A DNA stretch of 64,000 nucleotides, from contig JAZNWO010000060.1 of assembly GCA_045593365.1 (NCBI GenBank), positions 3,350 through 67,349 of the forward strand, written 5' to 3'. This document shows positions 30,271 through 39,707 of this stretch, piece after piece. Under the pieces are notes generated by a model, which saw nothing but the letters and a program-made list of their open reading frames with translations, had not been told where the DNA came from and made no database searches. The stretch comes from Candidatus Avelusimicrobium sp. (GTDB lineage Bacteria > Elusimicrobiota > Elusimicrobia > Elusimicrobiales > Elusimicrobiaceae). The position numbers were made by a program, and so were the translations under genes. How positions within the stretch are numbered: the stretch's first letter is position 1; every line of letters begins with the position of its first letter.

Positions 30271-30846
30271 CTAATTTAATTGGTCAATTTCCTGCACCGG
30301 CATACCCGATTTGCACAAAGGGCAATCCTTTGCGGCAAACGTTTGTATCGGATAAGAAAGCAAAGCTCGCAGCGGAATTTCAAGCGGCAAAATGCCCATA
30401 GAACGGTCCACCATCACCGCAATGCCAATTACTTTTCCACCAGCCGCTTGCACCACCTCTTGGGCCTTGAGCACTTTCCGCCCACCCACGGTTACATCGT
30501 CTACCAGTAAGACGGTTTCGCCCGGTTTAATGGCAAAATTATGTTTCAAAATCATTTCGCCTTTGTCATCTTTGGAAGCAAAAATTGCCCGGGCACCGCG
30601 CACGCGTGCTACCTCTTGTGCCAGTACAGAGTTAGACGGCGTAAGCGCCATGATTACATCGGCTTTAGCCGGAAATTTTTCGCTCATCGCTTGCGCAACT
30701 TTTTGGGCCAAATGCGGATGCTGCAGCAAAAGCGAAGTTTGAATATACGTCTGGCTGTGAAAACCGGAAGGCATTACAAAATGGCCTTCCACCACGGCTC
30801 CATGTTCCTGTAAGAGTGACAACAAATCTAAATTATTTCTTGGCAT
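30271..30846 (-). CDS. pyrE: Orotate phosphoribosyltransferase-like protein
   Basis: GHFVMPSGFHS and C-terminal CPLCKSGMP are typical of the Firmicute-type PyrE; the PRPP loop is divergent. Confidence 0.65.
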   Translation of the reverse strand: MPRNNLDLLSLLQEHGAVVEGHFVMPSGFHSQTYIQTSLLLQHPHLAQKVAQAMSEKFPAKADVIMALTPSNSVLAQEVARVRGARAIFASKDDKGEMILKHNFAIKPGETVLLVDDVTVGGRKVLKAQEVVQAAGGKVIGIAVMVDRSMGILPLEIPLRALLSYPIQTFAAKDCPLCKSGMPVQEIDQLN

Positions 30847-33145
30847 TGAATTCTCCTTTTACAAATTCCCGGCTCTTTTGAAATTCCGTACGCAGACCGC
30901 GTTTACGGGCGGCTTGTATTTGCGTATTCGTTTTTTTGGCGCGTAACATTTCTAACTTCGGCTTTAACATAGAAGAGGACACTTTAAATGCCAGCGCCGG
31001 ATTTCCATTTTCATCTGTCAAATTTTCGGCCAAAATCCCACGGCGGGAGGATGGCGTAATCATGGTCCAAATGACCAGTTCAAAGGTTTCACGCACCCAA
31101 TCCGTCCAACCTGATACTGCAGCTGAAATGACCGGACCTTGCGTAAAAGCATTGTTTACAATCATTGTACCCTTTTTGAAGTCCACTGAGGCAGCCATTT
31201 CTTCAAAGGCTACATCTTTTAATACTTCCCCCACCTTAAAACTTCCGCTTGTCTCCATACGGTGCAGCATAATAAACGGTGTAAAAGTAACGTGCAAGGC
31301 CTGCTGTTCTTCGGCCACCTTTTCCATTTGGTGAATAATGCCGTCCTCTAGCTTTACATCTATCGTCCCGTCCAGTTCTGCCGCACCGGGCAGCATACCG
31401 GTCAGAGCAAACTCAGCATTGAAATTTTTACCGGATAATACCTTGCTGGAGAAAGTATCCGCATATAAAGTGCCCGAAAAATTAGGCATAAAGGTAGGCA
31501 AACGGTCGCGGAAATTACGCATCCAGGCCAAATCACCCGTCTGCACAGGAGCGGGAGTATGAGGCTCTTTAGGAATACTCAAAATGACTTTTGTAAAATC
31601 CATCACCACCCCAATAAAACCCATCGGATCAAAATTTTTCAAGTAAATAGAGGTATCTATGGTGCGGTTTGGGTACTTGATATCATTAATAGAAAGCCGC
31701 AGTTTTAGCGGTACTTCATTAAGTAAAGCCGAGGAAATATAGGCATATACATTGCCTTTACGGTAAGAACCTGTCAGTTGCAAATTATCAAACCGGGTAT
31801 CTGCCACACGCACCGTTCCGGTACTGGTTTGCACATATAAATCTGTCATGTTTTGCTTAGCAATAAAATTACCGCTCACGTCCTCAGTTTCAAATCCCCA
31901 AAAAGTCCCCGACAGCTGCTTAGCCGCAATTTCCAACAGTGGCCAACTATATTGGCCTTTCTGCCGGGACACCGAAACCGATACCTGGGCCTGTCCGGAT
32001 AAATTAAAACGGGAAAGTGCCGGGTAATATTGGCTTAATTTTGTTAAATCTGCCCACCCGGTTTTTGCCTGCAAGTCTAGCGCAATCGGGGTCGTCAAAT
32101 CTACCGCACCGGAAACGGTTGCAGACAGCTGCTTGGTTTTAAAGTCCGTTTTGTCTAAAGTCAGATGCGTATAAGTATCATTTAAACTGCCACTTAGCGT
32201 AATGGTAGAAGCAGGCACTTGAAAGGCCGGCAAGTCCTTTTGGAATACAGACAAATCCTCTGATGAAAATTCCGGAGCTTGCACTGTAGCCGTAAAAGTT
32301 GGCGTGCGTAAATTCTGCAAATTCATACTGAGCATAACAGGCTTACGGAATATGGCCACTTCCGTTTTAAAATCCCGCAAAGCAAATTGTTCCCAATTAA
32401 AATTGGCAAAATTAATTTGTCCGTTACCGGCAATTTCTAATTCGGACACATGATCTGTCCAGCGGCTACGCAGCACGGTTTCCAAGCGAAAAGTAGACCA
32501 CTCGTTAAAATGAAGCTGGTTAAAACGCACATCCAGTCCGTAAATAGCATGAGCCGCACCGCTTTTCAAATCCTTGTAACTGATTAAGCCGTCTTTAATG
32601 TGCCAATCCTCAATATGAATTTCTATTTTTTCGCCCGTACGTTCATTGACATAAGTTTCAGGCTGGTTGTTTGCGGGCATTTTGATAGGCGGTACATTAT
32701 AAATTCCCTGCTCCGAACGCAAGATTTCAAAACGTGGTTTATTGAGCGTAACCTCATCAATTACCAACTTATGTTCCAATAAAGGTAACAATTGATAACG
32801 TATCAATACCGATTCGGCAGACACCACCGCCAAGCCCGGTTGCACTTCATTATCTAAAATAGCAAAACCTTTCAATTCTACCGTATTAAAAAATTTTAAA
32901 TCTAACGAAGCAATCTGTACTGGACGGTCAAATACCGTTTGCAATTGATAAGTCATCGCCTCACTAATCTGTTGGGCATTAAACATTTTAAGCACGATTA
33001 ACCAGGCAACTAATCCCAGTAAAAATACAAACATCACTAAAAATAGCAAGATTTTTCCTACCCGTTTCCCTATACGACGGATACGGGCTGGAAGCAGAAT
33101 ACGTTTCTTAATGAGTTTGGCAAAAAATTCTTTTGGATTGGTCAT
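30833..33145 (-). CDS. AsmA-family outer-membrane/lipid-transport protein
   Basis: N-terminal TM anchor, then QIASLDLKFF..GFAI..IDEVTLNKPRFEILRSEQGIYN beta-taco pattern. Confidence 0.7.
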   Translation of the reverse strand: MTNPKEFFAKLIKKRILLPARIRRIGKRVGKILLFLVMFVFLLGLVAWLIVLKMFNAQQISEAMTYQLQTVFDRPVQIASLDLKFFNTVELKGFAILDNEVQPGLAVVSAESVLIRYQLLPLLEHKLVIDEVTLNKPRFEILRSEQGIYNVPPIKMPANNQPETYVNERTGEKIEIHIEDWHIKDGLISYKDLKSGAAHAIYGLDVRFNQLHFNEWSTFRLETVLRSRWTDHVSELEIAGNGQINFANFNWEQFALRDFKTEVAIFRKPVMLSMNLQNLRTPTFTATVQAPEFSSEDLSVFQKDLPAFQVPASTITLSGSLNDTYTHLTLDKTDFKTKQLSATVSGAVDLTTPIALDLQAKTGWADLTKLSQYYPALSRFNLSGQAQVSVSVSRQKGQYSWPLLEIAAKQLSGTFWGFETEDVSGNFIAKQNMTDLYVQTSTGTVRVADTRFDNLQLTGSYRKGNVYAYISSALLNEVPLKLRLSINDIKYPNRTIDTSIYLKNFDPMGFIGVVMDFTKVILSIPKEPHTPAPVQTGDLAWMRNFRDRLPTFMPNFSGTLYADTFSSKVLSGKNFNAEFALTGMLPGAAELDGTIDVKLEDGIIHQMEKVAEEQQALHVTFTPFIMLHRMETSGSFKVGEVLKDVAFEEMAASVDFKKGTMIVNNAFTQGPVISAAVSGWTDWVRETFELVIWTMITPSSRRGILAENLTDENGNPALAFKVSSSMLKPKLEMLRAKKTNTQIQAARKRGLRTEFQKSREFVKGEFNAKK

Positions 33146-33148
33146 AGT

Positions 33149-33838
33149 TTACGCGGGTTTGGAGGATATCCACGATATAAATACCCGCCACACTGCCGCC
33201 CAGGCATGGTAGGTACTTAGCGCAATATTGCGCCCCATCTCCGCCAACTGCACCCGTTGCGGAAATAATAATTTAAGCACCAGCACCAATACAACTGCAT
33301 TACATAAAATAATAACCACGGAGGAAAAAATCCGTCCACCCGCTAAGGTTAAATCCGGTTGGTCAGTCTCCCATAAAGTCTGAAAAGTTTGGACAAAATG
33401 AAACGCCATAAAAAATCCAATAACAAAAACAAATACCGGGCGGTATGGTGCAGCATCCAAAAATAAGTCAATCGCCAAATAAACAAAGCCTGTCAATACC
33501 GCATACAAGGGAACAAAATACGGTGCCAATACCACCGCAGCGTTAGTACGGTCCATTTTGACATTTCCGCTGTCTTGGTTTACCGTAATGGAATGTACCC
33601 GAAATCCGCACAACATCGCTACCACGGCGTGCGTGGTTTCATGAGCCCACACATACATCCGCTCAAATTTATATCCGCCGAAATGAATCACACAATACAA
33701 TGCTGCACCTGCTAGCAATCCAACTCCTACTTGGAAGTCCTTTAGCACATACAAAAAAGCTTCAGCCGTTTGTACCACCACAAAAAAAGCAGTGGGCAAT
33801 AAGAATATGGCAATTAATAATTTAATTCCTTTTTTCAT
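33149..33838 (-). CDS. M50-like membrane metallopeptidase
   Basis: HETTH (HExxH) in TM context; LAPY motif; ATGA overlap with the upstream gene. Confidence 0.7.
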   Translation of the reverse strand: MKKGIKLLIAIFLLPTAFFVVVQTAEAFLYVLKDFQVGVGLLAGAALYCVIHFGGYKFERMYVWAHETTHAVVAMLCGFRVHSITVNQDSGNVKMDRTNAAVVLAPYFVPLYAVLTGFVYLAIDLFLDAAPYRPVFVFVIGFFMAFHFVQTFQTLWETDQPDLTLAGGRIFSSVVIILCNAVVLVLVLKLLFPQRVQLAEMGRNIALSTYHAWAAVWRVFISWISSKPA

Positions 33839-34527
33839 AAAAATTTTTCTGTCCACGCGACCGTTTGGTATTGACTCACAGCCAGTTCACGCGCTTGTTG
33901 AAGTACCTTGGCTGCAATCGGCTTTGTTTCAAATTGTACCTTTAACATTTGCTGCACTCCTTGCGTTACAACCCGGCGGAATACTGGGTTAGTACGAGCA
34001 TTTTTGCACTGCAAAGAACCCTGATACAATACCCGGTTGCCAAAACGGCGGATTGCTCCGCCCAAAATTTTTTGTCCGCCAACCAATAAATCATCTTGCA
34101 CCGGATTAGCAAAACAGCCGTTAGACACTCCGTTCTGCTGCGGGGCATACGCTGCAGCGGCAACGGCTCCCTGCCGTACACTTTGCCCTAATTGTGCCTG
34201 AGCCCAACTTCGTTCAATAGCCCCATGCAATTGCGCATAGATTTCCGTCGGGCGCAAATCGCTTTCAAATATCAAACTAAAGGTCAAATCCGTTCCATGA
34301 AGCACAACTCCGCCGCCTGTTGGCCTGCGGCAGGCCGGACCGTCTGCGGCAGAGATTTGCCTTCGTACGGGATTATAAAACTGGCTATAACCAAAGGTCA
34401 CCGCCGGACCTACCGTCCAATGATAAAACCGCAATACCGGCTCCGGTAAATCGGCATGAGCAAGTATTTCATCTAAAGCCATCTGCTCATATACATTCAG
34501 CGCCGGAGTTAACAACTGCTGTGCCAT
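33835..34527 (-). CDS. Lipoate-protein ligase / octanoyltransferase family
   Basis: MALDE, RRPTGGGVVLHG and KILGGA motifs; at the end of the gcv operon. Confidence 0.85.
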   Translation of the reverse strand: MAQQLLTPALNVYEQMALDEILAHADLPEPVLRFYHWTVGPAVTFGYSQFYNPVRRQISAADGPACRRPTGGGVVLHGTDLTFSLIFESDLRPTEIYAQLHGAIERSWAQAQLGQSVRQGAVAAAAYAPQQNGVSNGCFANPVQDDLLVGGQKILGGAIRRFGNRVLYQGSLQCKNARTNPVFRRVVTQGVQQMLKVQFETKPIAAKVLQQARELAVSQYQTVAWTEKFL

Positions 34528-34528
34528 A

Positions 34529-35980
34529 TTACCAATGTAAATTCGGCTCGCGCGCCGCCCCCACCTCATCAATGCGACAAACGGGCTGGGTATGTGGAGC
34601 GTCTTTAACCAGTTGCGGATTTTGTTGTGCCTCTTCAAAGATGACACGCAACGCTCTGGCGAAAGCCTCCAGGACATCGCGGTTTTCCGTTTCCGTCGGC
34701 TCAATCATAATTGCTTCCGGTACAATCAGCGGAAAGTAAATGGTCGGCGCGTAAAAGCCGTAATCCAGCAAGCGTTTGGCTACATCGGTGGTGTGCACAC
34801 CATTCATTTTATCTTTCTGAATAGTCAGCACACATTCGTGCATACACGCGGTATCAAAGAAAGCCGGGAATGCGTCTTTCAAAAGTACGCGCATATAATT
34901 AGCGTTTAGTATGGCATTTTCAGCAATTTCTTTGAGTGTTTTTCCGTCAAACTGGCGCAAGTACGCATAGCCGCGTAAACACACAGCGATGTTACCATAA
35001 AAAGATTTCATCTTGCCCAAACTTTTCGGCATTTTGCCGCGCAAGGTAAATTTACCGTTGGGTAGTTTTTCCACCAGCGGTTTAGGCAGAAACGGCGCCA
35101 AATGTGCAGCCGCACCGACAGGACCAGAGCCCGGGCCGCCGCCGCCGTGCGGAGCCGCAAAGGTTTTATGTAAATTCAAATGCATAATATCTACGCCGAA
35201 GTCCGCGGGTTTGGCTACGCCGATGAGCGCATTAAAATTCGCGCCGTCCATATACAAAAGCGCGCCCGCTTTATGCACCATATCGGCAATTTGGCGAATA
35301 TCTTTTTCAAAAAGTCCGACGGTATTGGGAACGGTCAACATGACTACGGCTGTCCGTTCGGAAAGCGCATTTTGCAACGCATTCAAATCCACGCGTCCGT
35401 CGGAACCGGAATGAATATTAATCACTTTATACCCGGCCATATTAGATGTGGCAGGGTTCGTGCCGTGGGCTGTATCGGGCACAATCACCTCGGTACGCTT
35501 TTTATCTTTCTTGGCAGCAAAATACGCACGCGCCGTTAAAATACCCGTCAGCTCGCCATGCGCACCCGCCGCAGGTTGCAGCGTAAAAGCTGCCAGCCCG
35601 GTAATCTCTTTTAGCAGTTCTTGCAAGTTATATAAAATTTCCAACGTACCCTGCACCGCTTCTTCCGGTGCAAACGGATGCGCATTTACAAACCCATCCA
35701 ACGCGCTTAAGCGGTCATAGGCCTTGGGATTATATTTCATCGTGCAAGACCCCAACGGATAAAAATGACTGTCCAAGCAATAATTCTGCCGCGATAAATT
35801 GGTAAAGTGTCGCACCGTATCCTGTTCAGGCATTTCGGGCAGACGATCCACGCTTTTTCGCAAATATTTAGCCGGAATATATTTATCCGCGCTAAACTGC
35901 GGTTTTTCAAAACGCACACCGCGGCGGCCCGGGTAGGATTTTTCAATGCTTAGTTTGTTTGTCTGTAAAATTTCTTGCAT
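34529..35980 (-). CDS. gcvPB: Glycine dehydrogenase subunit 2
   Basis: YPLGSCTMKYNP, QPAAGAHGE and HLNLHKTF motifs. Confidence 0.96.
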   Translation of the reverse strand: MQEILQTNKLSIEKSYPGRRGVRFEKPQFSADKYIPAKYLRKSVDRLPEMPEQDTVRHFTNLSRQNYCLDSHFYPLGSCTMKYNPKAYDRLSALDGFVNAHPFAPEEAVQGTLEILYNLQELLKEITGLAAFTLQPAAGAHGELTGILTARAYFAAKKDKKRTEVIVPDTAHGTNPATSNMAGYKVINIHSGSDGRVDLNALQNALSERTAVVMLTVPNTVGLFEKDIRQIADMVHKAGALLYMDGANFNALIGVAKPADFGVDIMHLNLHKTFAAPHGGGGPGSGPVGAAAHLAPFLPKPLVEKLPNGKFTLRGKMPKSLGKMKSFYGNIAVCLRGYAYLRQFDGKTLKEIAENAILNANYMRVLLKDAFPAFFDTACMHECVLTIQKDKMNGVHTTDVAKRLLDYGFYAPTIYFPLIVPEAIMIEPTETENRDVLEAFARALRVIFEEAQQNPQLVKDAPHTQPVCRIDEVGAAREPNLHW

Positions 35981-35981
35981 A

Positions 35982-37304
35982 TTAAAACCCCCTCAACGCT
36001 TCTGCATAGGCTTGCAAATCTGCGTCGGTTTTGGTTTCGGTTACACAAACGAGCAAACAATTTTTCATTTCTTTGTTCACCTCTCCCAAATCATAACCGG
36101 CGGCAATTCCTTTTTTGGCTAGTTTTTTAATAACCTGTTTGGCCGGAACTTTTAGTTCCAATACAAATTCATTAAAGAAATAACCGTTAAATTTAAGTTT
36201 ATGCCCGCCCGCCTGCAAAAGTTCTGCTAAGCGGTGGGCTTTTTCCAAATTCAGCTCCGCCACTTCGCGTAGTCCCTCCGGTCCGAGCAGCGTCATATAA
36301 ATAACTGCATTTAAAGCACATAAAGCCTGATTGGAGCAAATATTGGAAGCGGCGCGTTCCCGGCGGATATGTTGCTCGCGCGCTTGCAAAGTCAGCACAA
36401 AACTGCGTTTGCCATTTTTATCCTTGGCCATACCTACAATGCGCCCCGGCACTTGACGGACAAATTCTTTTTTACACGTAAAAATGCCGAGTCCCGGCCC
36501 GCCGAAACTCATACGGTTTCCAAGCGGTTGTCCTTCGGCCACCGCAAAATCGGCACCGTATTGTCCCGGTGTGTGCAGTAGCGGCAAGGCCAGCGGTTTG
36601 GCTACCGCTACCAACAGTGCGCCCGCTTTGTGCACGAGGTCCGCAACATCTTCCAGCGGCTCTAATTGCCCCAAGAAATTCGGCCCCGCCACCACAAAGC
36701 CTGACACGTCCGGCGTGAGCTGTTTTTCCAGTTCGGCTAAATCTACGGTACCATTTGACAACGGTATTTCTTTAAGTTTCAATTCCGGTACATATTTCAG
36801 ATAGGTTTTCAGTACTTCTTTATAGTGTGGGTGAAGTCCGGCGGAATATAAAATTGTATGGCGGTTGTTCACGCGTAAACACGCCGCGGCGGCCTCTGCC
36901 ATGGCGGTTGCCCCGTCGTAGTGAGAAGCACTGCACACGTCCATATCAAACAACGCGCAAATACAACTTTGAAATTCGTAAATCGTTTGCAGCGTACCTT
37001 GGCTGGCCTCGGCCTGATACGGTGTGTAAGCAGCTAAAAATTCACCGCGGCTGCTTAACGCATTAACCGCCGCCGGGATAAAATGTTCCTCACAACCCGC
37101 GCCGATAAAATTAGAAAGCGGTTTGTTTTTGGCGGCCATTTCTTGCAAATGGCGCGTAAGAGCTTGCTCTGTTAGCGCAGCAGGCAAATTTAATTTTGGG
37201 TACAGTAACTCTTGCGGAATTTGTTTTAACAGGTCCCGCACATCCTCCGCACCGATTTTCTGAAGCATTATTTTTTTATCTTCTGGGGTATGGGGCGTAA
37301 ACAT
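35982..37304 (-). CDS. gcvPA: Glycine dehydrogenase subunit 1
   Basis: YTPYQAEASQG, REQHIRRERAASNICSNQAL motifs. Confidence 0.96.
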   Translation of the reverse strand: MFTPHTPEDKKIMLQKIGAEDVRDLLKQIPQELLYPKLNLPAALTEQALTRHLQEMAAKNKPLSNFIGAGCEEHFIPAAVNALSSRGEFLAAYTPYQAEASQGTLQTIYEFQSCICALFDMDVCSASHYDGATAMAEAAAACLRVNNRHTILYSAGLHPHYKEVLKTYLKYVPELKLKEIPLSNGTVDLAELEKQLTPDVSGFVVAGPNFLGQLEPLEDVADLVHKAGALLVAVAKPLALPLLHTPGQYGADFAVAEGQPLGNRMSFGGPGLGIFTCKKEFVRQVPGRIVGMAKDKNGKRSFVLTLQAREQHIRRERAASNICSNQALCALNAVIYMTLLGPEGLREVAELNLEKAHRLAELLQAGGHKLKFNGYFFNEFVLELKVPAKQVIKKLAKKGIAAGYDLGEVNKEMKNCLLVCVTETKTDADLQAYAEALRGF

Positions 37305-37342
37305 AAAATCCTCTAAAAACCCCGCCCTTAGGCGGGGATAAA

Positions 37343-37723
37343 TTATTTGTCTAAAGTCGCCTTGTACGCTTGCAGCGTTAACAGTGCGTCATATTCTGCC
37401 GGATTACTAGCTTTGATTTTAAAAAGCCACCCATCCTCATGTGCAGCACGGTTGACCAGAGCGGGATCATCTGAAACGGCTTGGTTAACTTCCACAATTT
37501 CCCCACTGACAGGAGCATAAATTTCACTGGCAGATTTTACAGATTCAATTACACAGCAGTTTTGTCCGGCAGTAACCTGTGTACCGGTTTTGGGCAAATC
37601 CACAAATACAATATCACCGATTTCCTGTTGGGCATATTCACTAATGCCCACAGTGGCTACTCCATTCTCCAAATAAGCCCATTCATGGGTCTTAGCATAT
37701 TTACTGTTTTCTGCGTTGTGCAT
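37343..37723 (-). CDS. gcvH: Glycine cleavage system H protein
   Basis: THEW, GDIVFVDLP and lipoyl-Lys ESVKSAS motifs. Confidence 0.96.
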   Translation of the reverse strand: MHNAENSKYAKTHEWAYLENGVATVGISEYAQQEIGDIVFVDLPKTGTQVTAGQNCCVIESVKSASEIYAPVSGEIVEVNQAVSDDPALVNRAAHEDGWLFKIKASNPAEYDALLTLQAYKATLDK

Positions 37724-37732
37724 ACTTCCTCC

Positions 37733-38812
37733 TTATACCCGGTTTTGATAAAACGGTGTTTTCACTTTCTTGGCCGGAATTTTACGGCCGTGTATTTCAA
37801 TTTCTACCACGTCGCCTTCTTTCAAATCGGTATCAGCATAGCCAACGGCAATTCCCTTAAAAAGAGGCGAGAAAGTGCCGCTGGTCACTACTCCTTTTTC
37901 CACGCCGTCTTTATATACTTTACATCCTTCGCGCGGTACACCCGGCGCCGTTAGCATAAAACCGGTAAGACGCTGTTTAATCCCTTTGACTTTCTGGGCT
38001 GACAGAGCATCCTGTCCGATAAAATATTCTTTATCTAATTTTACCACCCAGCCGCAATTTGCTTCGTACGGAGTTTGGGTGCCATTGGCATCCACGCCGT
38101 TAAGTAAATATCCGGCTTCCAAACGCAACACATCGCGTGCGCCCAACCCGCATGGTTTTACGCCTGCGTTTTTCAACACCTTCCATAATTCTATAATTGC
38201 CGTTGGCGGCAGCATAATTTCTACGCCGTCCTCGCCGGTATATCCGGTGCGGGTTACATATCCCCGTGCCCCAAAAAGCTCTATTTCCTTTATAGTAAAA
38301 CGTGGCATTTCTTGTACGCCCGGAATTTGATTAGCCGCATATTCTAAGGCCTTGGGCCCTTGCAGGGCTATCATACCCCAATGGTCACTGTCATTGGTAA
38401 TTTGCACTTCAAAACCGACAGATTGTTTATTAAACCATGCCATATCCGTATCAATACAAGCGGCATTTACCACGACCAAATATTTTTCGGGAGTCAAAGC
38501 AAAAGAAATAGCATCGTCAATAATACAACCGTTTTCGTCCACGATGTGGGAATAGGTGCCTTTGAATTGCGTGCGTTTGATAATATTAGTGTTGACGTAT
38601 TGCAAAAATTTCCATGTATCTTTGCCCTCCACCCATATTTGGCCCATGTGCGATACATCAAACATTCCCGCCGCTTCGCGCACGGCTTTATGTTCTGCCA
38701 AAATACTGTCAAACTGCACGGGCAACAACCACCCGTGGAAATCTACCATTTTCCCGCCGGCTGCTTCGCACGCGTCGCACAGCGGTGTTTTCTTTAAATT
38801 ATTTGTGTTCAC
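37733..38812 (-). CDS. gcvT: Glycine cleavage system aminomethyltransferase
   Basis: LKKTPL, FDVSHMG, RTGYTGEDG and GLGARDVLRLEAG motifs; GTG start after GGAGG. Confidence 0.95.
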   Translation of the reverse strand: MNTNNLKKTPLCDACEAAGGKMVDFHGWLLPVQFDSILAEHKAVREAAGMFDVSHMGQIWVEGKDTWKFLQYVNTNIIKRTQFKGTYSHIVDENGCIIDDAISFALTPEKYLVVVNAACIDTDMAWFNKQSVGFEVQITNDSDHWGMIALQGPKALEYAANQIPGVQEMPRFTIKEIELFGARGYVTRTGYTGEDGVEIMLPPTAIIELWKVLKNAGVKPCGLGARDVLRLEAGYLLNGVDANGTQTPYEANCGWVVKLDKEYFIGQDALSAQKVKGIKQRLTGFMLTAPGVPREGCKVYKDGVEKGVVTSGTFSPLFKGIAVGYADTDLKEGDVVEIEIHGRKIPAKKVKTPFYQNRV

Positions 38813-38893
38813 CTTTCCTCCGCTTGTATAAGAGTATTGTATAAAATATGGACCCAAAAAACTGCTATATGCTGAAAAAAGTGAAGGTAGGCC

Positions 38894-38920
38894 TTGACTC
38901 GTTTTTTTTTTTGGTAAATT
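38894..38920 (+). promoter_or_regulatory. Poly-T spacer promoter P6: TTGACT-CG-T11-GG-TAAATT (15-bp spacer)
   Basis: Read directly. Confidence 0.8.
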
Positions 38921-39002
38921 ATCTGTAGCTGTAAATTGCAAGGAATTATTTTTTGACACCCCTTGCGTGATAGCGCAAGAGTACAAAAAGACAGGAGAAT
39001 AT

Positions 39003-39638
39003 ATGAAAGAAAATAAAAAAATATTTCAAAAAGGATGTCATCCCCGAGTGTTCCTATCGGGGATCTCCCTTATTGGTTATACAAATAAGAGAAAAGCGGA
39101 ATATTCCCGATTACAACCTTCGGCAATGACGGCCCTATTTAATAACGGCTTTACACTCATTGAACTACTCGTCGTTGTCCTTATCATTGGCATACTGGCG
39201 GCGATTGCCTTACCGCAATACAGAAAGGCTGTTATGAAAGCGCGTTTTACACAGCTTAAAGTATTAGCACACAGTTTGGCTCAAGCTGAGGAAGTTTATC
39301 ACCTAGCAAACGGACAATATGCCACCAAGCTGGAATATTTGGATATACAAATGCCCGGAGGACAACTTAATACCAGTGATGATAATCACGCCCGTTATGA
39401 CTGGGGACTTTGTTATTTAGATATAAAAGATTCTGATACGAAAACCAATCAAGTGGCTTGTAAAAATAAAGATATGAACATGGAATATCAAGTACGTTTG
39501 CATTTTGCAAATAACTCCGATACTCGGGTTTGCATCGCATTTAATACAGACTTATCATCCCCGCAAAATCAAATCTGTAAAGGAGAAACGGGCAACACAG
39601 GAACAGATTACACCACCTATACTGCTTGGAACTATTGA
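39003..39638 (+). CDS. Type IV pilin-like prepilin with 49-aa REP-derived leader
   Basis: [25 protein letters not shown]; ACAGGAG RBS. Confidence 0.9.
   Translation: MKENKKIFQKGCHPRVFLSGISLIGYTNKRKAEYSRLQPSAMTALFNNGFTLIELLVVVLIIGILAAIALPQYRKAVMKARFTQLKVLAHSLAQAEEVYHLANGQYATKLEYLDIQMPGGQLNTSDDNHARYDWGLCYLDIKDSDTKTNQVACKNKDMNMEYQVRLHFANNSDTRVCIAFNTDLSSPQNQICKGETGNTGTDYTTYTAWNY
39037..39130. repeat. CGTC-type REP doublet inside the prepilin leader
   Basis: GTCATCCCCGA..TCGGGGATCTCCCTTATTGG ... ATTCCCGA..TCGGCAATGAC. Confidence 0.8.
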
Positions 39639-39707
39639 TAATAAAGCAGCACTTCTGAAAAATTTCCCCTTGACTCAGCGCGGACGAAACTGCTACTTTA
39701 ACCTTAT

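Noticed and set aside
38813-38893. Glycine riboswitch upstream of gcvT
   Set aside because: Only about 80 bp lie before pilin promoter P6, with no ACAGGAGAG/CTCTCAGG-type aptamer on the gcvT strand.
39670-39699. CCCCTTGACTC motif upstream of msrA as a ninth switch promoter
   Set aside because: It has the same -35 context but a mixed-sequence 18-bp spacer with no homopolymer. This is an ordinary promoter, and it supports reading TTGACT as a -35.
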